A DNA stretch of 64,000 nucleotides from an archaeon GW2011_AR18 (GCA_000806155.1 JWKX01000004.1:1185-65184), one strand, 5' to 3'; shown: positions 1-10,271, counted from the stretch's first letter. Notes: generated by a model not told the origin, from the sequence alone. Program-made: numbers and translations.

Positions 1-918
1 ATCAAAATTAAATCCGTCACCATATCTATTAATCCCTTTTATTTCTCCTTTTTTGTCATCTCCATTTAGAAATTGATAAAATATGTCTCTCGCACTTTCT
101 GTTTCTTCATTATTTTTCCAATATTGAATTATTTTTGAGAATAATAAATCTGAATAGCTTAAAACAACTCCTTTTGAATTTACTCTTACAAATATCTCTA
201 ATGCTTCATCATCCTTCTTTGATTTTTCTATTTCATAATAAGAAACATTATCTTCATTAATTGATGATAGCAATTTAGTTAAATTTTTTCTAATTATTTT
301 TTTATTTTCTGTAGTCATATCATTTTCATAATTATAAATCTTTTCAAATTCATCTTCTAAATCTTCAATTTTTAAACTTAGAATATCCTTAATTTTATAC
401 CAAATCTTATTTTTTCCATCCTTAAAAAAACTCTTCTTTTCTTCTTCAAAAAATTTAAATTCATAAAAGTTTTCTTCAATTAATTCATTTTTATCTAAAT
501 CTGTAAGTAAATTAAAATAGAGATTTCTTCTTCTTATTTTATTTCTAAAAGTATCTTCAAATATCCCTTTAAAAACTAAATTAAAAATTGTCATTCTTTG
601 TTGTCCATCCAAAACTAGGATATAATCTTTTTCTGATGAAATTGATAAAAATTTGTCGTTCCTATATGTGTTTGAGTTTTCAAGAAATTTTAGCAAAGTT
701 AAATTATCTTCATCTGCTCTTTTTTTATCAATTTTCCAAAATAATAATGTTCCTATTGGATAATTTCTTAATATTGAGTCAAATAAACTACATACTTTGC
801 CTTCAAATTCGTTTTTATCATTTTTCCATACAAATGGTCTTTGAATGTCTGGAAGGAAATATTCTTGATTAATCCCATTTACTAATTTTTTTATTGAAGT
901 ATCATTATATCTACCCAT
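1..918 (-). CDS. DUF262 (ParB-like / GmrSD N-terminal) domain protein. These are the N-terminal 306 codons; the gene continues past the left edge.
   Basis: My own minus-strand translation from the ATG at 918 gives MGRYNDTSIKKLVNGINQEYFLPDIQRPFVW...YILVLDGQQRMTIFNL... The frame is open to position 1, so there is no stop in the window and it is absent from the ORF track. IQRxFVW and DGQQR are the DUF262 signature motifs. Confidence 0.7.
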   Translation of the reverse strand, partial: MGRYNDTSIKKLVNGINQEYFLPDIQRPFVWKNDKNEFEGKVCSLFDSILRNYPIGTLLFWKIDKKRADEDNLTLLKFLENSNTYRNDKFLSISSEKDYILVLDGQQRMTIFNLVFKGIFEDTFRNKIRRRNLYFNLLTDLDKNELIEENFYEFKFFEEEKKSFFKDGKNKIWYKIKDILSLKIEDLEDEFEKIYNYENDMTTENKKIIRKNLTKLLSSINEDNVSYYEIEKSKKDDEALEIFVRVNSKGVVLSYSDLLFSKIIQYWKNNEETESARDIFYQFLNGDDKKGEIKGINRYGDGFNFD

Positions 919-970
919 ATTAGTCTTGAGGTCTTAAAAATATTATAAATGTTTCGAAAAAAATAAAAAT

Positions 971-1159
971 TTATTCCATTCCCATTCCAGGAGGCATTCC
1001 ACCATGAGGCATATGTCCACCACCAGAAGGTCTAGAACCTGAAGCTAATACATCATCAATTCTTAGTATTAATTCTGCAACTTCAGAAGCTGATTTAATA
1101 GCCTGAGTCTTAATCTTCAAAGGTTCAATAATTCCAGCTTTCCAAGCAAATAGGATCAA
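971..1159 (-). pseudogene. ths: Thermosome C-terminal fragment, out of frame with the main thermosome ORF.
   Basis: [34 protein letters not shown] followed by a Gly/Met/Pro tail ([10 protein letters not shown]) is the canonical group II chaperonin C-terminus. It lies in a different frame from 1125..2543. Confidence 0.8.
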
Positions 1160-2543
1160 GACCTGCGTTTTCAGCTAATGTAATAGGAATTGCTTCTAGA
1201 GAATCAGCAAAAGATAAAACAGCTAATTGTTCTCTTCCACTTAATGTAGTTGCGAATTTCCTCAAACCCTTACCTAATTCTATTTCACAAGCACCAGCAC
1301 CAGCAACAACTTTACCTGTCTTCAAAGCTGCAGTAATATCACCAATAGTATCCTTAACAGCTCTCTCAACTTCATCAACAACATGCTGAGTACCACCTTT
1401 CAATATCAAAGTAACAGCTTTAGCTTTCTTACAACCAGTAACGTAAGTCATGTCCTCATTACCAATCTTTCTTTCATTAACTAAGCCAGCGAAACCTAAA
1501 TCTTTAGAAGATAGATCATCTAACTTAGATACCATACTAGCACCAGTTGCACGAACTAATTTTTCCATATCAGATTTTTTAACACGTCTAGCTGCGTAAA
1601 TTCCTTTCTTAGCTAAATAATGCTGAGCTAAATCATCAATACCTTTCTGGCAGAAAACAACATTAGCACCTGACTTAAAGACTTTTTCAACCATATCCCT
1701 CAGCATCTTATCTTCCATATCAATAAAAGCCTGCATCTGAGCAGGATCTGTTATCTGAATCTTAGCATCTATCTCTGTATTTTTTACTTCTAATGCAACA
1801 TCCAATAAAGCTATCTTAGCTTCTTTAATCTCTGAAGGCATAGATGAATAAACTTTTTCCTTATCTAAAACAATACCATCAATCAATTCAGAATCTTCAA
1901 TACCACCACCAACTTTCTTTTCAATCTTAATATTATCAGCATCAATTATTACTTCATTATCATTAATTTCCATAACACTCTGAACTGCTTTAATAATAAT
2001 TTCAGACAAGCTTTCCTTAGCAACTTCTGCACCTTTACCTGTCATAGCAGTCATGGCAATATTCTTTAAAGTCTGAATATCATTATGAGTAATATTCTCA
2101 GCCATAGCATTCAATAATTCCTGAGATTTCTCAGCAGCTAATCTATAACCTTTAGTAATAACAGTAGGATGAATATTCTTATCTAACAAATATTCTGCAT
2201 TTTTTAATAATTCTCCTGCGATAATAACAGCTGTAGTTGTACCATCACCAACTTCATTTTCTTGAGTTTTAGCAACTTCAACTAACATCTTAGCTGCGGG
2301 ATGCTCTATCTTCATCTCTTGTAATATTGTAACACCATCATTAGTAACTATGATATCACCTAAAGAATCTACTAACATCTTATCCATACCTTTAGGTCCA
2401 AGAGTTGTACGTACTGTCTCAGCAACTAATTTAGCTGCCATGATATTGTTTCTTTGAGCGTCTCTACCTGTAGTCCTTTGAGATCCTTCTGCTAAAATAT
2501 AAATAGGTTGTTGGTTTTGTGTCATTTTTCCTCCGAATATCAT
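1125..2543 (-). CDS. ths: Thermosome (group II chaperonin) subunit, main body. The 3' end is disrupted.
   Basis: Contains the motifs [19 protein letters not shown] and GDGTTTAVI. The ORF ends ...[11 protein letters not shown] and then runs into out-of-frame residues. The probable true start is the ATG at 2525 ([11 protein letters not shown]) just after GGAGGA. Confidence 0.9.
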   Translation of the reverse strand: MIFGGKMTQNQQPIYILAEGSQRTTGRDAQRNNIMAAKLVAETVRTTLGPKGMDKMLVDSLGDIIVTNDGVTILQEMKIEHPAAKMLVEVAKTQENEVGDGTTTAVIIAGELLKNAEYLLDKNIHPTVITKGYRLAAEKSQELLNAMAENITHNDIQTLKNIAMTAMTGKGAEVAKESLSEIIIKAVQSVMEINDNEVIIDADNIKIEKKVGGGIEDSELIDGIVLDKEKVYSSMPSEIKEAKIALLDVALEVKNTEIDAKIQITDPAQMQAFIDMEDKMLRDMVEKVFKSGANVVFCQKGIDDLAQHYLAKKGIYAARRVKKSDMEKLVRATGASMVSKLDDLSSKDLGFAGLVNERKIGNEDMTYVTGCKKAKAVTLILKGGTQHVVDEVERAVKDTIGDITAALKTGKVVAGAGACEIELGKGLRKFATTLSGREQLAVLSFADSLEAIPITLAENAGLDPICLESWNY

Positions 2544-2625
2544 TCTTGAATTTAAATAAAATTTATAAAAATTTCTATATGTGGTATTATCGAAATCTTT
2601 ATAATCTTATAGTCTCTATTATATA

Positions 2626-3180
2626 GTGATTACAATGACATTTTCAGGATTAAGATCATTAACATTTTCCGGGATAGCATCATTAGCTATAGCATGTGCA
2701 ACAACACCAAAAAACGGGATTTTTGAACCTCCAACATTAAATATTGAGACAAGAATCACAACAAATGCAGGAGATAATGTTGACAGAGAGGTAGAAGTCA
2801 AAGATTTATATAACACTGATAGATGTTCAAGACCTTATACTGCTATACAATTCTCAGGAGATACAATAAAAAACTTAAATGGAAAAGCTGTAACCTATCC
2901 TATAGGTGCTATTAATATTATAGATTGTGAAAGCTATAGTCAAACAGTATTCTTTTCAACTAATCCTAAAGATCCATATCAAAATGCCTATTTAAAAGCT
3001 GAAGATGGAAGCATCAGAGAATTATCCAGAATAGGAGATACAGCAAATTTCAGAGTAAGAAAAATAAAGGCTAAAGATACAATAACATTTATGCAATATG
3101 AACAAGGAATAGCAAGAGCATTAACAGATTATGTTGGTGATAAGAAAAAAGCAAAAAAGGCAATAGATGCTGTAAAATAA
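2626..3180 (+). CDS. Hypothetical secreted or lipobox protein.
   Basis: Has an N-terminal hydrophobic signal with LAIAC followed by a polar mature region. No family was recognised. Confidence 0.35.
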   Translation: MITMTFSGLRSLTFSGIASLAIACATTPKNGIFEPPTLNIETRITTNAGDNVDREVEVKDLYNTDRCSRPYTAIQFSGDTIKNLNGKAVTYPIGAINIIDCESYSQTVFFSTNPKDPYQNAYLKAEDGSIRELSRIGDTANFRVRKIKAKDTITFMQYEQGIARALTDYVGDKKKAKKAIDAVK

Positions 3181-4501
3181 TAGAATAAATATCAAGAGAA
3201 CTTAATTTAAAAGAACTAATCTTTTTATTTTTCTTAACAACATCCTTCCACAAATTGAATAATTCCTGAACTCTAGAAGGAACCTGATTATTTTTACAAT
3301 CTAGTAAAGAAGCTAATTCATTAGTAATAGTAACATCTTTGTTTTCTTCATCAAAAGCTTTCTTACCAGCAACAAACTCAATCCTGACAACAGAATCAGA
3401 AATCTTAGCAGATTTAAGAATCTTAATTTTTTGAGCTTCCTTAGTATTATCAAGATGAGTACCACCACAGGCTTCAACATCAATACCAACAATATCAACT
3501 ATCCTTAATTCTTGACCAATAGGAACACCACCCTGATATATTGCAAATCCATATTTCTTTTCAGCAGCTTCACGAGATAAGAAAGATTTCTTAATAGGAA
3601 TAGATTGTTTAATAATCTTATTAGATTCATCCTCAATTTTTTTAAGTTCAGACTCAGACAAACTCTGGTAATGAGTAATATCAATATGAGCTTTTTCCAA
3701 AGTTTTTTTAGCGCCAGCCTGATTAATATGCTTACCAAGAACAATACGAGCAGCAGCGTTAACAATATGAGTAGAAGTATGATGCTGAGCTAATTGAATA
3801 CGACGATCTAAATCAATCTTACATGTAATATTCATGCCTTCTTTTAATTTTGACACATCTTTAACTTTATGAACAATAATCTTTCCCTGTTTGAAAACAT
3901 CAATAACATCAACATCATTTATTTTACCAATATCATGTAGCTGTCCACCAGATGTAGGATAGAAAACTGTCTTATCTAAAATAACATTATCATGAATAAT
4001 CCTTAAAATTTTAGCATTACATTCAGCTAATTTATAATCATCAAAATATAGAGCTTTAGTCTCAGGCAATCCATCTAAAACTAAAACTTCTTCTTTCTTA
4101 GTCTGATGTTCCTGTACTTTCTGCTCATGTTTTGAGGCAACCAAAGAATAAAAGTTATCAGGAATCTTTATTTTTAATTCCTTTGCAATTAGTTCAGGAG
4201 CAATACCATTATTATCATATAATTCAATTAACTTATCAGTATCAATCTTTTGTTTATCTTTCACTATTTTTTCAACAATTAATCTAGCTTTCTGTTTGTT
4301 AACATTATATTTATTTTTTTCAACATCCAAAATTTTTTTAACTTCATTTAAATTATCAGATAGTTCAGGAAACTGTTCTTTCAATTCCTTAGCATGTTCT
4401 TTACAGATTTCAAATAAATCAATATCCCAATTATTTTTTTCTATGAATTCAAAACATCTTCTAGCTAAAATCCTAAGATTATAACCCCCACCAACATTAG
4501 A
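3089..4501 (-). CDS. alaS: Alanine--tRNA ligase, middle and editing part. It is separated from the N-terminal part by a frame break.
   Basis: The frame is open from 4501 and reads SNVGGGYNLRILARRCFEF..., then the editing-domain zinc motifs HTSTHIVN and CGGTHL. There is no ATG near the frame opening; the ORF track starts at the TTG at 4384. The last ~30 codons run antisense into the convergent gene 2626..3180. Confidence 0.85.
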   Translation of the reverse strand, partial: SNVGGGYNLRILARRCFEFIEKNNWDIDLFEICKEHAKELKEQFPELSDNLNEVKKILDVEKNKYNVNKQKARLIVEKIVKDKQKIDTDKLIELYDNNGIAPELIAKELKIKIPDNFYSLVASKHEQKVQEHQTKKEEVLVLDGLPETKALYFDDYKLAECNAKILRIIHDNVILDKTVFYPTSGGQLHDIGKINDVDVIDVFKQGKIIVHKVKDVSKLKEGMNITCKIDLDRRIQLAQHHTSTHIVNAAARIVLGKHINQAGAKKTLEKAHIDITHYQSLSESELKKIEDESNKIIKQSIPIKKSFLSREAAEKKYGFAIYQGGVPIGQELRIVDIVGIDVEACGGTHLDNTKEAQKIKILKSAKISDSVVRIEFVAGKKAFDEENKDVTITNELASLLDCKNNQVPSRVQELFNLWKDVVKKNKKISSFKLSSLDIYSIILQHLLPFLLFSYHQHNLLMLLLFLVHIA

Positions 4502-5487
4502 CTAACGTCCATTCCAACTTTAGAGGCAACAAATTTCCATGCTTTCTCTAAATCTTCAACTTCATCAACATTCAAATAACCTGCATAAGGAATATATTTA
4601 GCCATTAATTTTTCATCAGTTTTTAATCCTGTTTTTTTATATAAAGATTCCATAACTTTAGGAAATGCAGCGTCATAAATTGTAGCGCATCCTTGTGAAA
4701 ACCAAGCACATCTTTCCTGTCCCATGCCCATATCTAAAACTTTAATATTCAATTCTTTATTTCCATCAGGTGTTTGTTCGTACATCATATAAACCTGGTT
4801 ACCAATTTCTACACCTCTTGAGAAAAATTCCATACATGGTCCAAAATTTCCACCACCAGCCCAGGCATCTTCATGGAAAATAATCTCTTCATTAGGCAAA
4901 CCTAAGCCTTTTCTTAACCATTGGTGAATTTCCCCAAAAACTTTATTCTGATCCCATTCTTTTCTTTCAACAAATTGATGTTGCCCAATCATTACAAATC
5001 CTGTATTGTGTGCTCCAGTTATGCCTACATTGTCTATATCTATAAATCTTAAACAAAATTGGGGTATTACTAATTTCTTTGCAGGAGGTTTAACTTCACC
5101 AGAAACAACAAAAGGCTGGAAAGCTGCAATACTTGCAATAGTATATTCCATTGTAGGATTCCATCTAGCAACAACAGGATATCTCTTAATAGGAGTATAA
5201 CCAAATTTTTTAAACATAGAAGAAAATTCTTTCCAAACATCAAGATAAGATAATTTATTTTTAGCAGGAGTATTCCCAATAAATCTAAAACCACCAGAAC
5301 AAACAGAATCACCGCAAACTTTCTGATTATTATTTACAGACCAGAAATATTTCTCACATTTAGAACATTGTTTCCTTGAAAAACCCTCTTTTTTTAAATA
5401 ACCAACAGCATAATATTTTTCAGGATTCTTAGAAGCTATTTTCTTGAATTCCTTTTTCTGTTCCTTATCTGAAAGCATAAAAATCAT
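4465..5487 (-). CDS. alaS: Alanine--tRNA ligase, N-terminal catalytic part.
   Basis: Archaeal AlaRS-like N-terminus: YFWS...CGDS.CSGGFRFIG, WNPTMEYTIASIAAFQP, GPCMEFF, GMGQERCAW. Homology ends near ...ASKVGMDV (about 4505), after which the ORF reads out-of-frame junk up to the stop. Confidence 0.85.
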   Translation of the reverse strand: MIFMLSDKEQKKEFKKIASKNPEKYYAVGYLKKEGFSRKQCSKCEKYFWSVNNNQKVCGDSVCSGGFRFIGNTPAKNKLSYLDVWKEFSSMFKKFGYTPIKRYPVVARWNPTMEYTIASIAAFQPFVVSGEVKPPAKKLVIPQFCLRFIDIDNVGITGAHNTGFVMIGQHQFVERKEWDQNKVFGEIHQWLRKGLGLPNEEIIFHEDAWAGGGNFGPCMEFFSRGVEIGNQVYMMYEQTPDGNKELNIKVLDMGMGQERCAWFSQGCATIYDAAFPKVMESLYKKTGLKTDEKLMAKYIPYAGYLNVDEVEDLEKAWKFVASKVGMDVSLMLVGVIILGF

Positions 5488-5616
5488 GATTTTACAGTAT
5501 TATTAAACCTTTTCTTCTATTTTGAATAACTTATTATAATATAATTATCATAATGTAAAATATTTTATGGAAAACTATAAAAATTGAACAATTCTTTACT
5601 AATATACTGATATATC

Positions 5617-6573
5617 ATGAACCTCCCATTTAATTTTACTTATTCAAGCATCCTTTACCTTTTTTTAGCAATAGCATTCAACTTATTATACCACTTCATA
5701 TTGGGAGCAAGACTTGCTTTTCTTATCAGAACAATAGGAGGAAAAATTTCTATAATGCATTCATTCTATGTTTTCTGCATCACAAAATTTTCTTCTATAA
5801 TAACACCATTCATCACAGGATCACTTATCAGCAAACCATTAGCTACAAGACATTATACAGGGCTTCCAATAAGCAAAGGATTGCTAGTCACAGTATTTGA
5901 ACAACTTATTGATCTTGTCCTTCTAATATTCTTATTTCCAATAACAATTATCTTTGCTGGAAGTTATTTCCTCAGTTTTACAACAGATATCTATATAATA
6001 ATAACTTTCATCACTTCAATACTTGCCCTTACATGCTTAATAATCTTCATCTTTAAATATGAATATTTTATAAAACTATGCTGGAACATAAAAAACTTTT
6101 TCCCAAAATTCTTATTAAATTTCGGAAGAAAACATAAAATAACAAAGAAAGATACTATAATGAAATTTTCCCAGATAAAAGAACAGTTCCTTAACAGAAA
6201 AACAATCCTAAGGATATTACCATACACTATACTCCAGGCATTACTTATACCTTTAGTATTATATTTTACAATTGCAACAATACACTTCAAGATAAATTAT
6301 CCTACAGCTTTCTTACTCTATTTTATACCAACAATAATAGGGAGGTTATCAGGAGTTCCAGGAGGATTCGGTACAACAGATATCACACTTGGGAGCCTAC
6401 TATTATTCTTAGGAATGACACCTATAAATGCTACTTTTGTAATACTACTATTCCGTATAATCTCACTATCACCTGCTATAATAATAGGAGGATATCTTAC
6501 ATTCTATCTATCAACAAAATATTCAATAAAACTATTAGCTTCTTCAGAAAAAAATCATAATCCCAAAAACTGA
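5617..6573 (+). CDS. Polytopic membrane protein, UPF0104 / lysyl-phosphatidylglycerol-synthase-TM-like (flippase-like).
   Basis: About 8 predicted TM segments and a GRLSGVPGGFGTTD motif that resembles the conserved PGGxG loop of this family. It neighbours a GT2 gene. Confidence 0.5.
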   Translation: MNLPFNFTYSSILYLFLAIAFNLLYHFILGARLAFLIRTIGGKISIMHSFYVFCITKFSSIITPFITGSLISKPLATRHYTGLPISKGLLVTVFEQLIDLVLLIFLFPITIIFAGSYFLSFTTDIYIIITFITSILALTCLIIFIFKYEYFIKLCWNIKNFFPKFLLNFGRKHKITKKDTIMKFSQIKEQFLNRKTILRILPYTILQALLIPLVLYFTIATIHFKINYPTAFLLYFIPTIIGRLSGVPGGFGTTDITLGSLLLFLGMTPINATFVILLFRIISLSPAIIIGGYLTFYLSTKYSIKLLASSEKNHNPKN

Positions 6574-8051
6574 CTTTTCATGCTAGTAATATAATCAAGT
6601 TTCCTTTTACTACTCCCTAATTGTTTATAATAATTAGAATCAAACATGAATGAGATAAACCTAAAGAATGAAGGAATATAATCTCCACCCATAATCATTT
6701 TTACATTCCTAACATTAAAAGTCTGTGAATGAATATAAGCCAACATATTTTCTAAACTTTCAGGATAAGCTGCGTACTTATATTTTTTTTCAATAAGTTC
6801 CATAGATTCTTTTGATGGATATTTTGAAATTACATTAAGATCCTCTAAATCTAATTCGCCACCTAGATCAGTTCCAGGATAAGGATTATATATGCTCCAT
6901 TGTGTCACATTAAACTTAGCTTCCTTAACTAATTTCATAGATGCTTCAATATCCTCTTTTGTCTCTCCAGGAATATTAATCATCATAAAAGCTGACATTC
7001 TCATACCTAATCTTCTGCATATCTCTGCTGTCTGACGGATCCTTTCAACAGTCACACGTTTGTCAACAACTTTCAACATCTTGTCAGAACCAGATTCAAT
7101 ACCCATATTCACCTGGATAACCCCATTTTCCTTTAAGAATTTCACTAACTCTTCATCCAACAAATCAGCTCTTGTCTGGATACCAAAAATCAATTTTATA
7201 TTCCTCTCTTTCAATAATTTAAATATCTCATAAACTCTCCACTTATATAATGTGAAAGTATCATCACCAAACTGAATAGCATCAATCTTATATTGCTTTG
7301 ATAAAATCTCTAAGTGATCCACGATCTTAGCAGGACTCATCATTCTAGGTCTACGATCCCTAACAGTACAAAATTTACAAACATAAGGACAACCTCTAGC
7401 TGTAAATACTAATAAAGAAGATAAATAGACACCTCTAATAGTCCATGAATTTGGTTCAGTATAATATTTCATGTCTACTTTTTCATAAGCAGGTAAAGGG
7501 ATATCATCTAGATTCTGGATCTCTTTTCTTTCAGGATTCTTTATAAGTTTTCCACCCTTAATATAACTAATCCCATTAAGATTTTTACCATCTCTTCCTT
7601 CCTTAATCTCTTTAATCAATTCATAAAAACTCTCTTCTGCTTCACCAAGAACCAAATAATCAAACATTACTTTCTTTTCTATAAAATGATCAGGTCTTTC
7701 AGTTGGATAAGGACCACCAATAATCACAACTGCATCTTTATTATGTTTCTTTATGAATTCACATAACTCTTTCATAATAGGCAATTCAGTTATAAAACAA
7801 GACATCCCAACAAATTTAGGTTTATTATCAAGAATAAATTTTTTTATCTTATTCATCCCTTCATCTTGAGTTATACCTTTATAATCGCAAATATGATTAT
7901 TAAATCCTTTACTTGTCAAATAAGAAGAGATCTGCATTATTCCTAAAGGAAGTCTTCTATCATAACTCCTATCAGGCGGGACTATTAAAAGTATTTCTGA
8001 TTCTACTTTAGATTGTTCAATTATACCATCTTCTTTCATAATCTTAGGCAA
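6555..8051 (-). CDS. B12-binding-domain radical SAM protein.
   Basis: Contains the CxxxCxxC cluster motif ARGCPYVCKFC and an N-terminal cobalamin-binding-like Rossmann segment (VGMSCF...VVIIGGPYPT). Confidence 0.8.
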   Translation of the reverse strand: MPKIMKEDGIIEQSKVESEILLIVPPDRSYDRRLPLGIMQISSYLTSKGFNNHICDYKGITQDEGMNKIKKFILDNKPKFVGMSCFITELPIMKELCEFIKKHNKDAVVIIGGPYPTERPDHFIEKKVMFDYLVLGEAEESFYELIKEIKEGRDGKNLNGISYIKGGKLIKNPERKEIQNLDDIPLPAYEKVDMKYYTEPNSWTIRGVYLSSLLVFTARGCPYVCKFCTVRDRRPRMMSPAKIVDHLEILSKQYKIDAIQFGDDTFTLYKWRVYEIFKLLKERNIKLIFGIQTRADLLDEELVKFLKENGVIQVNMGIESGSDKMLKVVDKRVTVERIRQTAEICRRLGMRMSAFMMINIPGETKEDIEASMKLVKEAKFNVTQWSIYNPYPGTDLGGELDLEDLNVISKYPSKESMELIEKKYKYAAYPESLENMLAYIHSQTFNVRNVKMIMGGDYIPSFFRFISFMFDSNYYKQLGSSKRKLDYITSMKSQFLGL

Positions 8052-8083
8052 TATTTTGTATATTTAAAACATTCTATTTAAAA

Positions 8084-9430
8084 TTATTTTTCAAGAATAA
8101 AATATTTAGTAACTGCCATAAAAGGTTTATTATATGATTTTGTAATATTAAATAACATATTACTAAAACCTAAAACAGGTTTCATACCATATTTAAGAAC
8201 ACTTAACTTTTTGCCATGTCTCTTTGAGTAACCAGCAAATTTTTCATTATAAATCTTTACTTCAGCAGGAACAAGAAAGAAGCCGCCCTGAGATAATATC
8301 TTAAGATTAAGTTTTTCAATATCTTTTTTTAACATAGATGCACTAATAGGAGAGAAAGGACCTGAACGAATATAGAAACCTTCTAAATGTTTAACACCTA
8401 AAGGACCAGTAATGCCCTTGTACATAGCTCCATAAAAAGAATTCTTATTCTTGAAGAAAACTAAAATCTTTCCATTCTTTGATAAAACCCTCTTAGCTTC
8501 CTTAAGCATAAAATCAATAGTTGGAATTTTTTCTAAAGCAAAAGCGATAATGATAAGATCCATAGAATTATCTTTTACATTCTCAATCTTGTCAGAGAAT
8601 AAAGTAAATTTTAAATTCTTAGTTTTAGATTTAACAAAATCAACAGCTTCCTGACTAAGTTCACAATCAATAACATCATAATCCTTAAACATAGGATCCA
8701 AATTTTTAATAATAGTACCATCATAACCTAAGAGCGTAAGAACTTTCTTTTTACCAACTAAATTTTCCTTAACAATATCTTTAATGTTTTCAATCTCTTC
8801 CTGATCATAAAATTCGTAATCAACACCCATCTTGTAAGCACGAGAGACAAACTTCTGATGAAGCCTTAACTGATTAAGAGTCCAATCTTTTGGGAATACG
8901 CTAGACTGCATCCTTTCTGATTTAGATGAATATTTATTAAAATGATAAATCTCTCCCAACTCTTTTCTAGCAGGAGCAGAAGGAGCTTCAGTAGGCTTAC
9001 CAAGCATCATGAAACAAACAGGAAGCCAAGGATCAGGAATCTCAAGAATATTCTTAATCTTCTGAACATCACCAATACCAGCCATACAACAACTACCATA
9101 ACCAATATCTACAGCTTTCAATTGCATATTCTGAACAGCAGCAGCAGTAGCCTGAACATTAGAAAAATTTTCCTTATTGAATTCCATATCAACAATCATG
9201 ACAAACAAACATTGACAGTGAAGGATCTGCTCCTGAGAACCAGCATCTTTGTATAATCTTTCAATAATTTTTCTATCCTGAATAACAACAGCTTCCCATT
9301 GCTGCCTATTAGAAGGTGCTGGAGCTAAAATCCCTGCATGAAGAACTTCTTTGATAATATTCTCTGGAACTGGCTCTAATTTAAAACTACGAATGCTTCT
9401 CCTTCCAGCCAAAGCTTCTGATAAATTCAT
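8084..9430 (-). CDS. Nitroreductase-family domain fused to a class I SAM-methyltransferase-like domain.
   Basis: The N-terminus (RRSIRSF...APAPSNRQQWEAVVI) is typical of nitroreductases. The C-terminal half (VLTLLGYDGT...MDLIIIAFALEKIP...NGKILVFF) is methyltransferase-like. Confidence 0.65.
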   Translation of the reverse strand: MNLSEALAGRRSIRSFKLEPVPENIIKEVLHAGILAPAPSNRQQWEAVVIQDRKIIERLYKDAGSQEQILHCQCLFVMIVDMEFNKENFSNVQATAAAVQNMQLKAVDIGYGSCCMAGIGDVQKIKNILEIPDPWLPVCFMMLGKPTEAPSAPARKELGEIYHFNKYSSKSERMQSSVFPKDWTLNQLRLHQKFVSRAYKMGVDYEFYDQEEIENIKDIVKENLVGKKKVLTLLGYDGTIIKNLDPMFKDYDVIDCELSQEAVDFVKSKTKNLKFTLFSDKIENVKDNSMDLIIIAFALEKIPTIDFMLKEAKRVLSKNGKILVFFKNKNSFYGAMYKGITGPLGVKHLEGFYIRSGPFSPISASMLKKDIEKLNLKILSQGGFFLVPAEVKIYNEKFAGYSKRHGKKLSVLKYGMKPVLGFSNMLFNITKSYNKPFMAVTKYFILEK

Positions 9431-10271
9431 AAATCCAACCTGCTGTCATATACAACTGCCTCAAGAAAAAAAGGACAGGAACAACAAAGAAAATAGAAAA
9501 CAGGTCTATATTTATAACTTTCCTTTTAGATAATAATTTACGAAACTTACTCGAAAATGGATAAGCAAAAATTGCTAAAGGCATTAAAAGCTGCAAAGGA
9601 CTTTTAGAGATATTAAATTTTGCTTTACCTCTCCTGAAACACCAAGATAAAAATTCATGAAAATCACGAGTCTTATGATAAACAAAAGAATCTTTTTCAA
9701 TAATAACTTTATGACCATTAGCTCTTAATCTTCTTGTAATATCAGTATCTTCTCCACCATATCTTAATGATGCATCGAAACCACCTATACTATCAATAAC
9801 TTTTTTAGAGAATATTGCATTGCAAGTAGATATAGGATCATTATCAGATAGACCAAGAGCACCACCAGCAGGAAAACCAAGACAAGCAATACATAAACCA
9901 ATATGACTGGAATCTTTAGGAGGATAAGCATTACCACCAACACCAGAAACTTTATTTGATTCAATACTAGAAACTAAAACCTTAAGCCAATCCTTAGGAA
10001 CAATACAATCAGCATCAGTAAAAGCTACTAACTCATTTTTTGATAATTTAATACCAAGATTTCTCTGAACAGCAAAACCTTTTTCTTTTGATTTAATAAC
10101 TTTAACATTTTTAAACTTGGATGCTATATCAAAAGTCTTATCTGTAGATGCATCAATAACTAAAATCTCATATTTATTCTTAGGATAATCAACCTTTAAC
10201 AATGAACTTAAACATCCTGAAATATTCTTTTCTTCATTATATGTAATAACAACAATAGATACAGATTTCAT
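9387..10271 (-). CDS. Family 2 glycosyltransferase.
   Basis: Contains VSIVVITYNEE...IDAS.D...FTDADCIV (a DxD-type motif) and C-terminal TM segments. Confidence 0.8.
   Translation of the reverse strand: MKSVSIVVITYNEEKNISGCLSSLLKVDYPKNKYEILVIDASTDKTFDIASKFKNVKVIKSKEKGFAVQRNLGIKLSKNELVAFTDADCIVPKDWLKVLVSSIESNKVSGVGGNAYPPKDSSHIGLCIACLGFPAGGALGLSDNDPISTCNAIFSKKVIDSIGGFDASLRYGGEDTDITRRLRANGHKVIIEKDSFVYHKTRDFHEFLSWCFRRGKAKFNISKSPLQLLMPLAIFAYPFSSKFRKLLSKRKVINIDLFSIFFVVPVLFFLRQLYMTAGWIYEFIRSFGWKEKHS

Noticed and set aside
588-872. A 94-codon plus-strand ORF at the left end.
   Set aside because: It lies entirely antisense to the DUF262 gene, whose motifs are unambiguous.
3089-5487. alaS as a naturally split gene. 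Nanoarchaeum equitans is known to encode AlaRS in two pieces.
   Set aside because: The conserved NVGGGYNLR block sits in a third frame with no usable start codon, directly after a stop, and conserved residues are missing between the parts. This does not look like two cleanly expressed halves.
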